From: an uncultured virus (IMG/VR IMGVR_UViG_3300020179_002709)
Lineage: Duplodnaviria > Heunggongvirae > Uroviricota > Caudoviricetes
Length of the DNA: 64,000 nt
Strand: one strand, 5' to 3'
IMG/VR virus record: IMGVR_UViG_3300020179_002709
Coordinates: 1-64,000 of that record
Shown here: positions 22,637 to 31,798 of the stretch, piece after piece
Layout: every line of letters begins with the position of its first letter
Position numbering within the stretch: position 1 is the first letter of the stretch
Made by a program: the position numbers and the translations under genes
The notes under the pieces: model-generated
Databases searched by the model: none
Seen by the model: the letters and a program-made list of their open reading frames with translations, nothing else
Told to the model about the DNA's origin: nothing

Positions 22637-23234
22637 CGCTCTTGCTCTTACCGATTTTAAACAGGATTACTTAAATCAACTTAGTAGTGGACTTGATAGT
22701 ATTGATCTAAACGCTCTTGACTTGTTCTATAATGAAATTGTTAATACAGTTAAAAATGACAAAACAATATTTGTCTGTGGTAACGGAGGTTCTGCTGCTA
22801 TTGCCGAACACCTCTCCTGTGATCATTCGAAAGGGGTAGCCTCTAACACTCGTCTAATACCGAGAGTTATTTCGTTAAATAGTAATATGTCTTTACTTAC
22901 CGCTACCGCTAACGATTACGGATACGATAAAGTTTTTTCCACTCAACTAGTACTACAAGGTAGAAGTGGTGATTTATTAATAGCTATTTCCAGTAGCGGC
23001 AACTCTCGAAATATTATAGAAGCAATATCTACTGCGAAAGCTTTAGGAATAAAAACTTCTTCCCTCACCGGATTTTACGGCGGGGAGACGAAAAATAAAA
23101 GTGATATTAATATTCACGTACCAATTCATAATTACGGAATTGTAGAGGATTGTCATCAGATTATCATGCATATCGTAGCTCAGTACATACGCACGATACA
23201 TACTGAGGTAGATATAAAAAGCGTAAAGCTATAA
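22626..23234 (+). CDS. gmhA: Phosphoheptose isomerase (SIS domain)
   Basis: CGNGGSAAIAEH, TATANDYGY, ISSSGNSRN, EDCH. Confidence 0.9.
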   Translation: MLINALALTDFKQDYLNQLSSGLDSIDLNALDLFYNEIVNTVKNDKTIFVCGNGGSAAIAEHLSCDHSKGVASNTRLIPRVISLNSNMSLLTATANDYGYDKVFSTQLVLQGRSGDLLIAISSSGNSRNIIEAISTAKALGIKTSSLTGFYGGETKNKSDINIHVPIHNYGIVEDCHQIIMHIVAQYIRTIHTEVDIKSVKL

Positions 23235-23243
23235 TATATTAAA

Positions 23244-24101
23244 ATGATTTTACTTGATCTAAATCAGGTTATGATTGCTAATTTTATGTCTCAAATTGGT
23301 AATCATACTGATACTAAAATAGAAGAAGGCCTATTCAGACATATGGTCTTAAACTCTATTCGCCTATTAAAACAGAAATTTTCTGATTATGGTGAATTAG
23401 TTATTGCTTGTGATGATAAGAAATTGTGGCGACGTGAAGTCTTTTACTACTATAAAGCTAATAGAAAAAAATCTCGGGACGAATCAGAGCTTGATTGGGC
23501 TAGCATCTTTAGTACTCTTAATAAAATAAAACTCGAGCTTAAAGAGTACTTTCCCTACAGAGTAATTCAAGTTGAAGGGGCCGAGGCCGATGATGTTATT
23601 GCTACTTTAGTACATACTTACGGCACATTTCTTAATACTAATAGAATTATTATTTTATCCGGAGATAAAGACTTTAGACAGCTTCACTGCTATACTAATG
23701 TTTCTCAGTTTGACCCTATTAACAAAAAGTTTATTAATGTTGACGAACCGGAAAAATATTTAAAAGAACTTATAATTAAAGGCGATAGAGGGGATGGTAT
23801 TCCTAACATCTTATCACCCGATGATTGCATTATTTCCGGCGCAAGGCAAAAACCAATAAGTTCTAAAAAACTTGAATACTATTTAAAACTAAATGAAAAT
23901 GAAATATTAAATGATACTACAGTTAGTAAAAACTGGCAAAGAAATAAAATATTAATTGATTTAGATAGTATACCGGAAAATATTAAAAATCTAATTATGG
24001 ACGAGTATCACGACCAGGATAATAAACCTAGAGACAAAATATTTAATTACATGATAAATAATAAAATGAAAGTATTGATTGAACATATAAATGAGTTCTA
24101 A
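23244..24101 (+). CDS. rnh: T4 RNase H (5'-3' exonuclease)
   Basis: YKANRKK, EADDVIA, SGDKDF.QL, GDRGDGIPN. Confidence 0.92.
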   Translation: MILLDLNQVMIANFMSQIGNHTDTKIEEGLFRHMVLNSIRLLKQKFSDYGELVIACDDKKLWRREVFYYYKANRKKSRDESELDWASIFSTLNKIKLELKEYFPYRVIQVEGAEADDVIATLVHTYGTFLNTNRIIILSGDKDFRQLHCYTNVSQFDPINKKFINVDEPEKYLKELIIKGDRGDGIPNILSPDDCIISGARQKPISSKKLEYYLKLNENEILNDTTVSKNWQRNKILIDLDSIPENIKNLIMDEYHDQDNKPRDKIFNYMINNKMKVLIEHINEF

Positions 24102-24511
24102 TGAAAAAATCTATCTATAACATACTCAAAGAATGCGCTGAACCTAAATCAGTTAATGATAGGGTTGAGCTGCTTCAGAAAAACGGCATTCCTGTAGTCA
24201 AGCAAATATTAAAATACGCTTTTGACCCTAATATTATTTTTGATTTACCGGAAGGTGCACCTCCTTACAAGCCATGCGAATATCTAGATCAAGAAGGCAG
24301 GCTTTATGCTGAGGCAAGAAAGCTCTATCTTTTTACTAAAGATGGAAACCCAGCGCTTACTAAGTTTAAAAGAGAGATGATTTTTATTCAATTCATAGAA
24401 GGTATAGATAAGAAGGACGCTACTTTAATTATAGCGGTCAAAGATAAAACTCTACCCTTTAAGGGATTAAATAAAGATGTTGTTAAGAAAGCATTTCCAG
24501 ACCTGTTTTAA
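24101..24511 (+). CDS. Conserved T4-like hypothetical protein
   Basis: FDLPEGAPPYK...KREMIFIQ; resembles the gene that commonly follows rnh in T4-like phages. Confidence 0.7.
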   Translation: MKKSIYNILKECAEPKSVNDRVELLQKNGIPVVKQILKYAFDPNIIFDLPEGAPPYKPCEYLDQEGRLYAEARKLYLFTKDGNPALTKFKREMIFIQFIEGIDKKDATLIIAVKDKTLPFKGLNKDVVKKAFPDLF

Positions 24512-24513
24512 TT

Positions 24514-24681
24514 ATGAGTAAAACGCTTAAAAAATTTCGTAAATTATACGAGCCTGAGGAAGGCGCACATCAGGTTAAAAGACGCAAATCAAATTTTAAT
24601 AATAAAAAATTAAGATCTTTAGATAACATTCTTAAAACAAAAGATGTAAAAAAGATCTTAAATTATGAGGAAAAAATTTAG
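24514..24681 (+). CDS. Small basic hypothetical protein (55 aa)
   Basis: MSKTLKKFRKLYE...; fills the gap in the operon. Confidence 0.5.
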   Translation: MSKTLKKFRKLYEPEEGAHQVKRRKSNFNNKKLRSLDNILKTKDVKKILNYEEKI

Positions 24682-24690
24682 GAGAAGACA

Positions 24691-24834
24691 ATGGGATGGT
24701 TTTGGAATAACCCTATAATGAATAAAATAGAAGCCGGGCTTATCACGCTTACAAATAAACTTTGGCGTAAAAGACGAGAGCACGAAAAAAAACTAGTAGA
24801 GAAAATTAAAGAGCAGAATAAAGTAAAAAGATAG
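24691..24834 (+). CDS. Small hypothetical protein (47 aa)
   Basis: AGGAG SD; MGWFWNNPIMNKIEAG... Confidence 0.55.
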   Translation: MGWFWNNPIMNKIEAGLITLTNKLWRKRREHEKKLVEKIKEQNKVKR

Positions 24835-24836
24835 TA

Positions 24837-25073
24837 ATGCCAACATACACATTTAAAGATGTTAATACTGGTGAAGTTACAGAACATGTAATGAGAATTT
24901 CTCAACTAGATGAATTTAAAAAATCTAATCCTCATTTAGAGGCTTACATTTCAGGTTCTCCCGGACTTAGTGATCCAGCAAGACTAGGTTTAGTTAAACC
25001 AGCATCTGGGTTTCGTGATCTGTTAAAAAATATGAAGAAAAAGCACAGGAGAAGTACGATTAATGATTTTTAA
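24837..25073 (+). CDS. FmdB-like small protein
   Basis: MPTYTFKDVNTGE N-terminus, the Cys-less phage variant. Confidence 0.65.
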   Translation: MPTYTFKDVNTGEVTEHVMRISQLDEFKKSNPHLEAYISGSPGLSDPARLGLVKPASGFRDLLKNMKKKHRRSTINDF

Positions 25074-25081
25074 AGGTGCCC

Positions 25082-25837
25082 ATGGCAAAACGATCGAGTA
25101 ATAATCAAACCTCCACTTCCAATACAGATAATTTTGACAGAATTAGTACTCAAACTACTCTTAAAATTAAATTAGATAATCTAAAAACTTTTACTCCTCT
25201 AACTAATAATCAAAAACTTTTTTTTGAAGCTTATAAGCGCGGCGACTATTTCGTTGCTCTACATGGAGTAGCCGGCACAGGAAAAACTTTTATTGCACTC
25301 TATAAAGCACTAGAGGAAGTGCTTGATAAATCAAATCCATTTAATAAAATAATTATTGTTAGATCAGCAGTACAGTCTCGAGAAATAGGACATCTTCCAG
25401 GTGATGTTGGTGAAAAGATGGAAATCTTCCAACAGCCCTATAGACAGATTTGCGAGATTTTGTTTGAAAGAAGAGATGCATGGGATAGGTTGGAAGAGCA
25501 GCATCATGTAGAGTTTATTTCAACTTCATTTATTAGAGGTATGTCGTTTGACGATGCAATTATTATTGTAGACGAAATGCAAAATATGACATTTGAAGAA
25601 ATAGATACGGTAATGACTCGAGTGGGGTATAGGTCTAAAATAATTTGGTGTGGTGATTATAGACAAACCGATTTGAATAAAAAGAAAAACGATATGAGTG
25701 GTATTTTAAAGTTCTTTAACATAGCTCATCATATATCAGCCTTCACAAGAATAGAATTTACGCCAGACGATATAGTAAGAAGTTCTCTGGTTAAGGATTA
25801 CATTTTAGCTAAGATGCAGTACGAAGATGGCAATTAA
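25082..25837 (+). CDS. phoH: PhoH-like ATPase
   Basis: GVAGTGKT, IGHLPG, RGMSF, DEMQN, GDYRQTDL, IVRS. Confidence 0.92.
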   Translation: MAKRSSNNQTSTSNTDNFDRISTQTTLKIKLDNLKTFTPLTNNQKLFFEAYKRGDYFVALHGVAGTGKTFIALYKALEEVLDKSNPFNKIIIVRSAVQSREIGHLPGDVGEKMEIFQQPYRQICEILFERRDAWDRLEEQHHVEFISTSFIRGMSFDDAIIIVDEMQNMTFEEIDTVMTRVGYRSKIIWCGDYRQTDLNKKKNDMSGILKFFNIAHHISAFTRIEFTPDDIVRSSLVKDYILAKMQYEDGN

Positions 25838-25861
25838 ACTCATTTTTTTAAAGGAGCAATA

Positions 25862-26533
25862 ATGAATACTACTTTATCGGCAGTTCAAACTCTTAATACA
25901 GCTGTAGCAGGGGTATTAAGCCGTATGACGGTGGGTATTTTTCTTACAATGGTCGCAGCCGGGCTATTGGCAGCAACGGGTCTTGTGCCTATTCTTTTTT
26001 CGGGCGTGGTGGGTTGGATAATTGTTTTTTTACCTCTAGTAATGAGTTTGGGTTTAATGTGGAAGGGAGAAAATCTTACTACAGGTGGAATTAAACTTTG
26101 GTTTTTTGCCTTCTCTGCAGCAATGGGCCTAAGTCTTAGTTTATTGTTCCACGTTTATACTTCAGCCTCCATTGTTATGGCATTGGTAGGGACAACGGTA
26201 AGCTTTGGAGCGTTAGCAGGGTGGGGATACTTTACCAAGCGAGATATTTCTTCCTGGGGATCATTTTTGTTTGCAGGAGTCATCGGACTAATCGTTGTTA
26301 GTCTTTTTAATATTTGGTTTGCTTCATCAGCATTACAAATGACTCTAAACGTTTTGACCATTGTAATCTTTCTTGGGCTCACTGCATACGACATGAACCG
26401 TATTCGTGATATGTTCTGGAATGTTACAGAGGGAGAAGTTAACCGCTTACAATGGTTTAGTGCTCTTTCTCTTTACATTAATTTCATAAATATATTTGTC
26501 TCTATCTTACAATTGTTTGGCAACAGGGAATAA
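25862..26533 (+). CDS. Bax inhibitor-1/YccA family membrane protein
   Basis: About seven TM helices; GLTAYDMNRI and ALSLYINFINIF motifs. Confidence 0.88.
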   Translation: MNTTLSAVQTLNTAVAGVLSRMTVGIFLTMVAAGLLAATGLVPILFSGVVGWIIVFLPLVMSLGLMWKGENLTTGGIKLWFFAFSAAMGLSLSLLFHVYTSASIVMALVGTTVSFGALAGWGYFTKRDISSWGSFLFAGVIGLIVVSLFNIWFASSALQMTLNVLTIVIFLGLTAYDMNRIRDMFWNVTEGEVNRLQWFSALSLYINFINIFVSILQLFGNRE

Positions 26534-26943
26534 TGGCATACTCAAATAAAGTAATCGATCATTATGAAAACCCTCGCAATGTTGGTTCTTTTGCAAAAGA
26601 TGACAATGATGTAGGAACTGGTATGGTTGGAGCTCCTGCGTGCGGTGACGTTATGAAGCTTCAGATTAAGGTAGACGAAGATGGAATTATTACTGATGCA
26701 CGTTTTAAGACATATGGTTGTGGATCGGCAATTGCGAGCAGTTCACTAGTCACAGAGTGGGTCAAAGGCAAAACTCTTGACCAAGCGATGGAAATTAAAA
26801 ATACACTGATTGCTGAAGAGCTCGCGCTTCCACCCGTCAAGATACACTGCTCCATATTAGCAGAGGATGCGATCAAAGCTGCTATTGCAAACTACAAGGA
26901 CAAATATGCTAACCGTAACTCCGAATGCGCATGCACAAATTAA
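26533..26943 (+). CDS. iscU: Fe-S cluster scaffold protein
   Basis: [45 protein letters not shown]. Confidence 0.97.
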   Translation: MAYSNKVIDHYENPRNVGSFAKDDNDVGTGMVGAPACGDVMKLQIKVDEDGIITDARFKTYGCGSAIASSSLVTEWVKGKTLDQAMEIKNTLIAEELALPPVKIHCSILAEDAIKAAIANYKDKYANRNSECACTN

Positions 26944-27214
26944 TTTAATACTCTCTGGTGAAGATTCAAAATATGTTCGCGCTTTTATTCAAGGGGGAGG
27001 GTGTAGTGGGTTCCAGTACGGCTTTACGATGGAAGATGATAAGAATGAAGACGATTTTGTAATTGAAAATTTACTTGTAGATGCTATGAGCATGCAATAT
27101 TTTGATGGTGCTACTATTGATTATAAAACAGATAAGCTTCAAGGCTCTTCTTTTGTAATTTCTAATCCAAACGCAAAAACTACTTGTGGTTGTGGTTCTT
27201 CTTTTGCTACCTAG
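26906..27214 (+). CDS. erpA: A-type Fe-S carrier (ErpA/IscA family)
   Basis: [11 protein letters not shown] and [14 protein letters not shown]; start at ATG 26906. Confidence 0.9.
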   Translation: MLTVTPNAHAQINLILSGEDSKYVRAFIQGGGCSGFQYGFTMEDDKNEDDFVIENLLVDAMSMQYFDGATIDYKTDKLQGSSFVISNPNAKTTCGCGSSFAT

Positions 27215-27227
27215 ATTCAAGATACAA

Positions 27228-27899
27228 ATGAATAAAAAATTTAAATATGAATTTTTACCTCAAATTGAATTAAAGGAAGAATATATTGATAGTAAGAGAC
27301 ATTATGTGACACCGGAAGGAAAAAAATATCCATCTGTTACCACGGTTATTGGCGACAGCATGGATAAAAGTGGACTTTATGAATGGAGACAAAAAGTAGG
27401 TAAAGAAGAAGCTGATAAGATTACTAAGTCAGCTGCGTCCAGGGGCACTAAAGTTCATAAAATTTGTGAGGACTATGTATTAGGTAAGGAAAATTATTTA
27501 AAAGATAAAATGCCATCTAGCATTTCTCTTTTTAAACAAATACAACCCTACCTCGACGAAAACATGACTAAAGTTTATGGAGTAGAAATTCCTCTGTATT
27601 CAGATTTTTTACAAACAGCCGGCAGATGTGATTTAGTATGTCACATGCATGATTGTTATACTATAGTCGATTACAAAACTTCATCTAAGCCTAAAAAAGA
27701 AAATTGGATAGAAAATTACTTTCTACAGCTGACCACTTATGCAATGATGGTTGAGGAGCTTTATAAAGTTCCCATTTCCTACATCATTATTTTAATAGCG
27801 GTAGAAGACGACAACCTGCAGTTTTTTGTAAAAAATCCTAAATCCTATAAAGATAAGGTAACGGAAATATTCCGTAATTATAGTAAAAAGTTGATGTAA
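27228..27899 (+). CDS. PD-(D/E)XK exonuclease
   Basis: YPSVTTV, RGTKVH, AGRCD, DYKTS, QLTTYA. Confidence 0.85.
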   Translation: MNKKFKYEFLPQIELKEEYIDSKRHYVTPEGKKYPSVTTVIGDSMDKSGLYEWRQKVGKEEADKITKSAASRGTKVHKICEDYVLGKENYLKDKMPSSISLFKQIQPYLDENMTKVYGVEIPLYSDFLQTAGRCDLVCHMHDCYTIVDYKTSSKPKKENWIENYFLQLTTYAMMVEELYKVPISYIIILIAVEDDNLQFFVKNPKSYKDKVTEIFRNYSKKLM

Positions 27900-27919
27900 T
27901 TACTCTCATACACTATAAT
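27891..27919 (+). promoter_or_regulatory. Sigma70-type early promoter
   Basis: TTGATG-N17-TATAAT. Confidence 0.75.
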
Positions 27920-27945
27920 ATAAATGTGTACTTAGAGAGGTGTAT

Positions 27946-28440
27946 ATGAGCGTAAATAATGAAATACTTTCCAAGCTTAATATTAAGCGAGGAACTATCG
28001 ATACTATTGCTATTCAGGCAGTTAGAGAGTACCTGGATAAGCAATCTAGCCCCCTTAAAGCAGCAAACGCAATTATTGCTAAAGTAGGTATTAGTCCGGT
28101 TAGTAATAGAAAAAAAGCCTACGTGTTTGCTATGACCACTGTTGAACAAGCCCTTTATAATATGACACCTGACATTGAATCTATCATTAAAAAATCTAAC
28201 GAACGTATTCAAAAAATTACTGATATGTTAGGCCCATCCGCCTTTAAGATTAGTGATGAGAAAGAGCAGGAGCTTCTTAAAAAAGGTCCAAGCAAAAGAT
28301 CTATTGCAAGAGACATATATCTAGAAAATAAAGATAAAGGCGAAAAAGCTATTATTGATTTAGTAGTAAAAGCTTTAGATGTTTCTAAACAAAACGCATA
28401 CACTTACATCTACCTGGTAAAGAAAGATCTTAGTCTATAG
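27946..28440 (+). CDS. Hypothetical protein with possible C-terminal HTH
   Basis: GAGG SD; C-terminal LVVKALDVSKQNAYTYIY. Confidence 0.6.
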   Translation: MSVNNEILSKLNIKRGTIDTIAIQAVREYLDKQSSPLKAANAIIAKVGISPVSNRKKAYVFAMTTVEQALYNMTPDIESIIKKSNERIQKITDMLGPSAFKISDEKEQELLKKGPSKRSIARDIYLENKDKGEKAIIDLVVKALDVSKQNAYTYIYLVKKDLSL

Positions 28441-28550
28441 TGGATGCTAAAGAGATAGTAAGATTTTTAAAAGTTCTTAGGTACTACGTATCGCCATATT
28501 GGAGAACACGAATTGAAGAAGTCATTACGAAAATTGGCGGTAGCTTGTAG
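28440..28550 (+). CDS. Possible 36-aa small protein
   Basis: GTG overlaps the upstream TAG; MDAKEIVRFLKVLRYYVSPYWRTRIEEVITKIGGSL. Confidence 0.35.
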   Translation: MDAKEIVRFLKVLRYYVSPYWRTRIEEVITKIGGSL

Positions 28551-29262
28551 TACTCTACTTCCGGTCTGTGCCTTAGCAGGGCTAGAGTCAGGCGCTGGAG
28601 AAAATTTAATTAGCGATAGATATACCTCCACCACGGCTTGTATGCTAGCCGAGCAAAAGGCAATTAAACAAGCACTTGACAGATACAGCGGCAAACAATT
28701 TACAGTAGAAAAGAAAAACTTTTGTTACGATACTAAGGATTATAGTTACTGTAATTATTATAAAGAGTTAGACTATACTGTAGCAGGCACAATTCGTAAA
28801 ATAGTAAATAGATCTGAAAAAATAGAAAATAGTATCTGCAAGGTTGCGGTAGTAATTGATATAGAAGAACAACCCAAACCCATTAACGTTAATGTAAGCG
28901 GAAGAAATATTTACTTTGTTAATGAGCCTCTAAACTTTAAAATAAACGTAAATGAACCTGTTTTCTTTTATGCGTTTAACGTGCACCGTAAGGGTGTTGA
29001 GTTTTTATTTCCTTCAAAGTATTATGAAGAAAATAAATTTGAAGATGATTTTGACTTTCCTGGTTTTGGATTGAGATACGTAACAACACTTGACAAAGGA
29101 GTGAGTAGAGATGAAGAGCAAATCGTCTTTTTGTTCACAAAGCATCAAATAGATTTTGATAGAGTTGCGCTGGATCATAACATGTTGCATGAGATAATTA
29201 ACTCGATACCAGTGCATTCACGAAGAACTTTTACCTATAAAATTTTTATTAAACGGAAATGA
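28513..29262 (+). CDS. Exported protein with DUF4384-like C-terminal domain
   Basis: Signal-peptide-like N-terminus; FFYAFNV...VEFLFP motif. Confidence 0.55.
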   Translation: MKKSLRKLAVACSTLLPVCALAGLESGAGENLISDRYTSTTACMLAEQKAIKQALDRYSGKQFTVEKKNFCYDTKDYSYCNYYKELDYTVAGTIRKIVNRSEKIENSICKVAVVIDIEEQPKPINVNVSGRNIYFVNEPLNFKINVNEPVFFYAFNVHRKGVEFLFPSKYYEENKFEDDFDFPGFGLRYVTTLDKGVSRDEEQIVFLFTKHQIDFDRVALDHNMLHEIINSIPVHSRRTFTYKIFIKRK

Positions 29263-29951
29263 AAATGAAAATGATTATGACTTTCGTAGCAGCTTGTGCC
29301 CTTGGCCTTTTTACTACAGGGTGCTCTACTATCGGGCTAGGCGGCGATAAAGATAACAAGATGGTTGAGATTCCAAAAAGTAAAATGGATCAAATACCTA
29401 AATGGTTTTTACAAAAGCCAGTTGACGGAGCTATAACAGTGACTGCAACTGATGTAAGTAAAGATATGCAATTTGCTATTGATAAAGCTACCCTTAATGC
29501 TAAAGTTCAACTGGCAGAAAGACTAGGAACAAAAGTTGACAGTCTAACAAGGGAAACTGCTCTAGAGTCCGGTCACGGTGTCAAGGAGGTTCAGCGAGAA
29601 ATTGACCGAGTCTCTAAGGTTCGTATCAATCAAGAGCTTAATTTCTTTACTCGTGAGCATATCGCAGTTGTACGTGAGGGGGATCATTTTAGAGCTTACG
29701 TAATGCTTAAAATTAGTAACAACGATGCTCGTCGACTCACTCAGAAAGATAACTCTAAATCTCGAGAAGAGAGGCTTAAAGAATTAGATAAGTCATCTTC
29801 AGTAGATGATCAGATTACAATTAGACCAGCATCTCAAGTTGATAGGTCTAAGATGATATCAAACTCAATTAGTGATCAATCTGTAAAGGATCGTATCGCT
29901 AAGACTCTTGAAGATCCTAACGCAGTCGTCATAAACGCCACTATTCGTTAA
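29259..29951 (+). CDS. Lipoprotein (LPP20-like)
   Basis: Lipobox TTGC; IPKWF...DMQFAIDKATLNAKVQLA. Confidence 0.65.
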   Translation: MKMKMIMTFVAACALGLFTTGCSTIGLGGDKDNKMVEIPKSKMDQIPKWFLQKPVDGAITVTATDVSKDMQFAIDKATLNAKVQLAERLGTKVDSLTRETALESGHGVKEVQREIDRVSKVRINQELNFFTREHIAVVREGDHFRAYVMLKISNNDARRLTQKDNSKSREERLKELDKSSSVDDQITIRPASQVDRSKMISNSISDQSVKDRIAKTLEDPNAVVINATIR

Positions 29952-29982
29952 TCTTTAAAATTCCGGCAACCTAAATATTCTT

Positions 29983-30606
29983 ATGTTTAGGTTGCTTAAC
30001 CCTTTTCATACTGAATACGCATACTGCTCCAGGCCCTTACAAGCTAATTTAATTACTAATGATAGTGTTCAGTATTACGATAAAGACGGATTCGAGCTTA
30101 CAAAATTAGAGCAGGAATACTATTTTGTAAACGGGTTTGAGCCGTTTTTAAATACTTGCCTTAATCATAGATGCTGGCAGGAACCGTGGTTTGAAGTAGA
30201 TAGTGAAAACTTTTTACTTGATCATAGTTTAATACTACATAGATGTTCTTTTATTGATGAGGCAAGAGAGCAGCTGATCAGCAATCAGAAAAAATGCTCT
30301 AAGTTAGTGTATTTACTACACGCCACTTCGAAGTGGGGGCTTGATTTTAATTTAGACTTCGTAGATAATAGTGGTAAATTAACCGAGGTTTTACATATTG
30401 AAATTGATACCAAAACTTATCATGAATTCTTACAACACAAAAAGGAGTTGGAATACTTCATCCTTAGCACCGATTGGGAAAACGTATATAAGTTTCTCGA
30501 TCGTCATCGCAACGAATGGGAATGTCTAGCAGGCTTTGAACAAAATGACTGGAAAGCTAGACAACTTGGATTTAAAAAAGCCGAAGTAACTCACAAGGCT
30601 ATCTAA
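29983..30606 (+). CDS. Hypothetical protein
   Basis: 207 aa ORF; YDKDGFELT...KWGLDF; no recognised function. Confidence 0.6.
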   Translation: MFRLLNPFHTEYAYCSRPLQANLITNDSVQYYDKDGFELTKLEQEYYFVNGFEPFLNTCLNHRCWQEPWFEVDSENFLLDHSLILHRCSFIDEAREQLISNQKKCSKLVYLLHATSKWGLDFNLDFVDNSGKLTEVLHIEIDTKTYHEFLQHKKELEYFILSTDWENVYKFLDRHRNEWECLAGFEQNDWKARQLGFKKAEVTHKAI

Positions 30607-30631
30607 GTTTCCTAAACAAACTGGAGGTTAT

Positions 30632-31192
30632 ATGCTAAAGTCAGTAGACACTTTAGACGATAAAACTACACTGGTGCTGAAATCGTTCATTTACGCTATA
30701 TGCACCCTGTTAGTATTTACCTTGGTAACTACTACATTTAAGCAAAAAATTAATTCGTTTAGTTTAAACGGAATTCCAGCAACTTATACCGCAGAGCAAA
30801 GAGTTAAACAGTTAGATTGTTTAGCACTAAACATTTATAAAGAAGCTGGATACGAACCATTTGAAGGAAAGGTAGCAGTTGCCCAAGTAACTATTAACAG
30901 AGCAAATGATCCTAGATTTCCAAAAGACATTTGCCAGGTAGTTTATCAGAAAAATTTTTTTTACAAAAAAACAGTCTGTCAATTTTCCTGGTATTGTGAT
31001 ATTATTCATAAAAACAGGCCTGTCAATCCAGCTGCATTTAATGAAAGTTACGAAGTCGCTAAAAAGGTATTGCTAGAAAATTTTCGTCTTAATGGACTTA
31101 AAGACGCTCTTTACTATCATGCAGATTATGTTAACCCTAAATGGAATAAAGAAAAGGTAGGTAAAATTGGACGCCACATCTTCTACAAATAA
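30632..31192 (+). CDS. Cell wall hydrolase (SleB/Hydrolase_2) with N-terminal TM
   Basis: CLALNIYKEA, VAVAQVTINR, CQFSW, YYHADYV.P.W, IGRHIFY. Confidence 0.88.
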   Translation: MLKSVDTLDDKTTLVLKSFIYAICTLLVFTLVTTTFKQKINSFSLNGIPATYTAEQRVKQLDCLALNIYKEAGYEPFEGKVAVAQVTINRANDPRFPKDICQVVYQKNFFYKKTVCQFSWYCDIIHKNRPVNPAAFNESYEVAKKVLLENFRLNGLKDALYYHADYVNPKWNKEKVGKIGRHIFYK

Positions 31193-31517
31193 AAAAGTAT
31201 TAAATTTAGATAGAATAAATTCTCTAGCATTAAAAGCTAGAGACTATCTAGCTGAAAAAGCCTCTCATTTATCAGCTGAAGGAGTAGGCTGGCTAGGCAC
31301 AATGCTTATTCATTGTGCTACTATTCCTTCATTACTAGCATTAATTATTGGAGTATCAGATACTTTACCTGCATTGGATGTAGTTTTATTTGTATGGGGT
31401 GGTCTATTGTTATTTTTTGTTAAAGCTCTCATAAAGAGAGACATGCTTAATATTATTACTATCGGCGTAGGGTTTTTTGTTCAAGCAGTTTTGCTTGGTA
31501 TGGTAGTATTTAAATAA
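31167..31517 (+). CDS. Small membrane protein (about three TM)
   Basis: Hydrophobic helices; start codon uncertain. Confidence 0.6.
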   Translation: MDATSSTNKKVLNLDRINSLALKARDYLAEKASHLSAEGVGWLGTMLIHCATIPSLLALIIGVSDTLPALDVVLFVWGGLLLFFVKALIKRDMLNIITIGVGFFVQAVLLGMVVFK

Positions 31518-31798
31518 TGAGCGAACAAGAAGATAAAAAATCGTATCTATTGCAACTTGATGATGTAGAGATTAAATCTATTAAATCTCCTACTCAGTTT
31601 ATGCATGAAATAGATAAATTAGTAGAAGAAAAAAAGATGGAGTATATTGAAGCTGTAATGTATTATTGTAATGCAAATGATATTGAAATAGAGACTGCTG
31701 CCTCTTTAATTAAAGGCAGCGCAAAAATGAAAGCTAAGATTCAATTTGAAGCTGAAAATTTAAACTATTTACCTAAAAGTGGAAAGTTACCTATATGA
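31517..31798 (+). CDS. gp33: Late transcription coactivator (T4 gp33-like)
   Basis: YIEAVMYYC..NDIEIE...KAKIQFEAENLNYL; lies upstream of gp59 and gp32. Confidence 0.85.
   Translation: MSEQEDKKSYLLQLDDVEIKSIKSPTQFMHEIDKLVEEKKMEYIEAVMYYCNANDIEIETAASLIKGSAKMKAKIQFEAENLNYLPKSGKLPI

Noticed and set aside
27228..27899. Cas4-like nuclease as a sign of a CRISPR-Cas system
   Set aside because: Ordinary phage PD-(D/E)XK exonuclease; no cas genes or array nearby.
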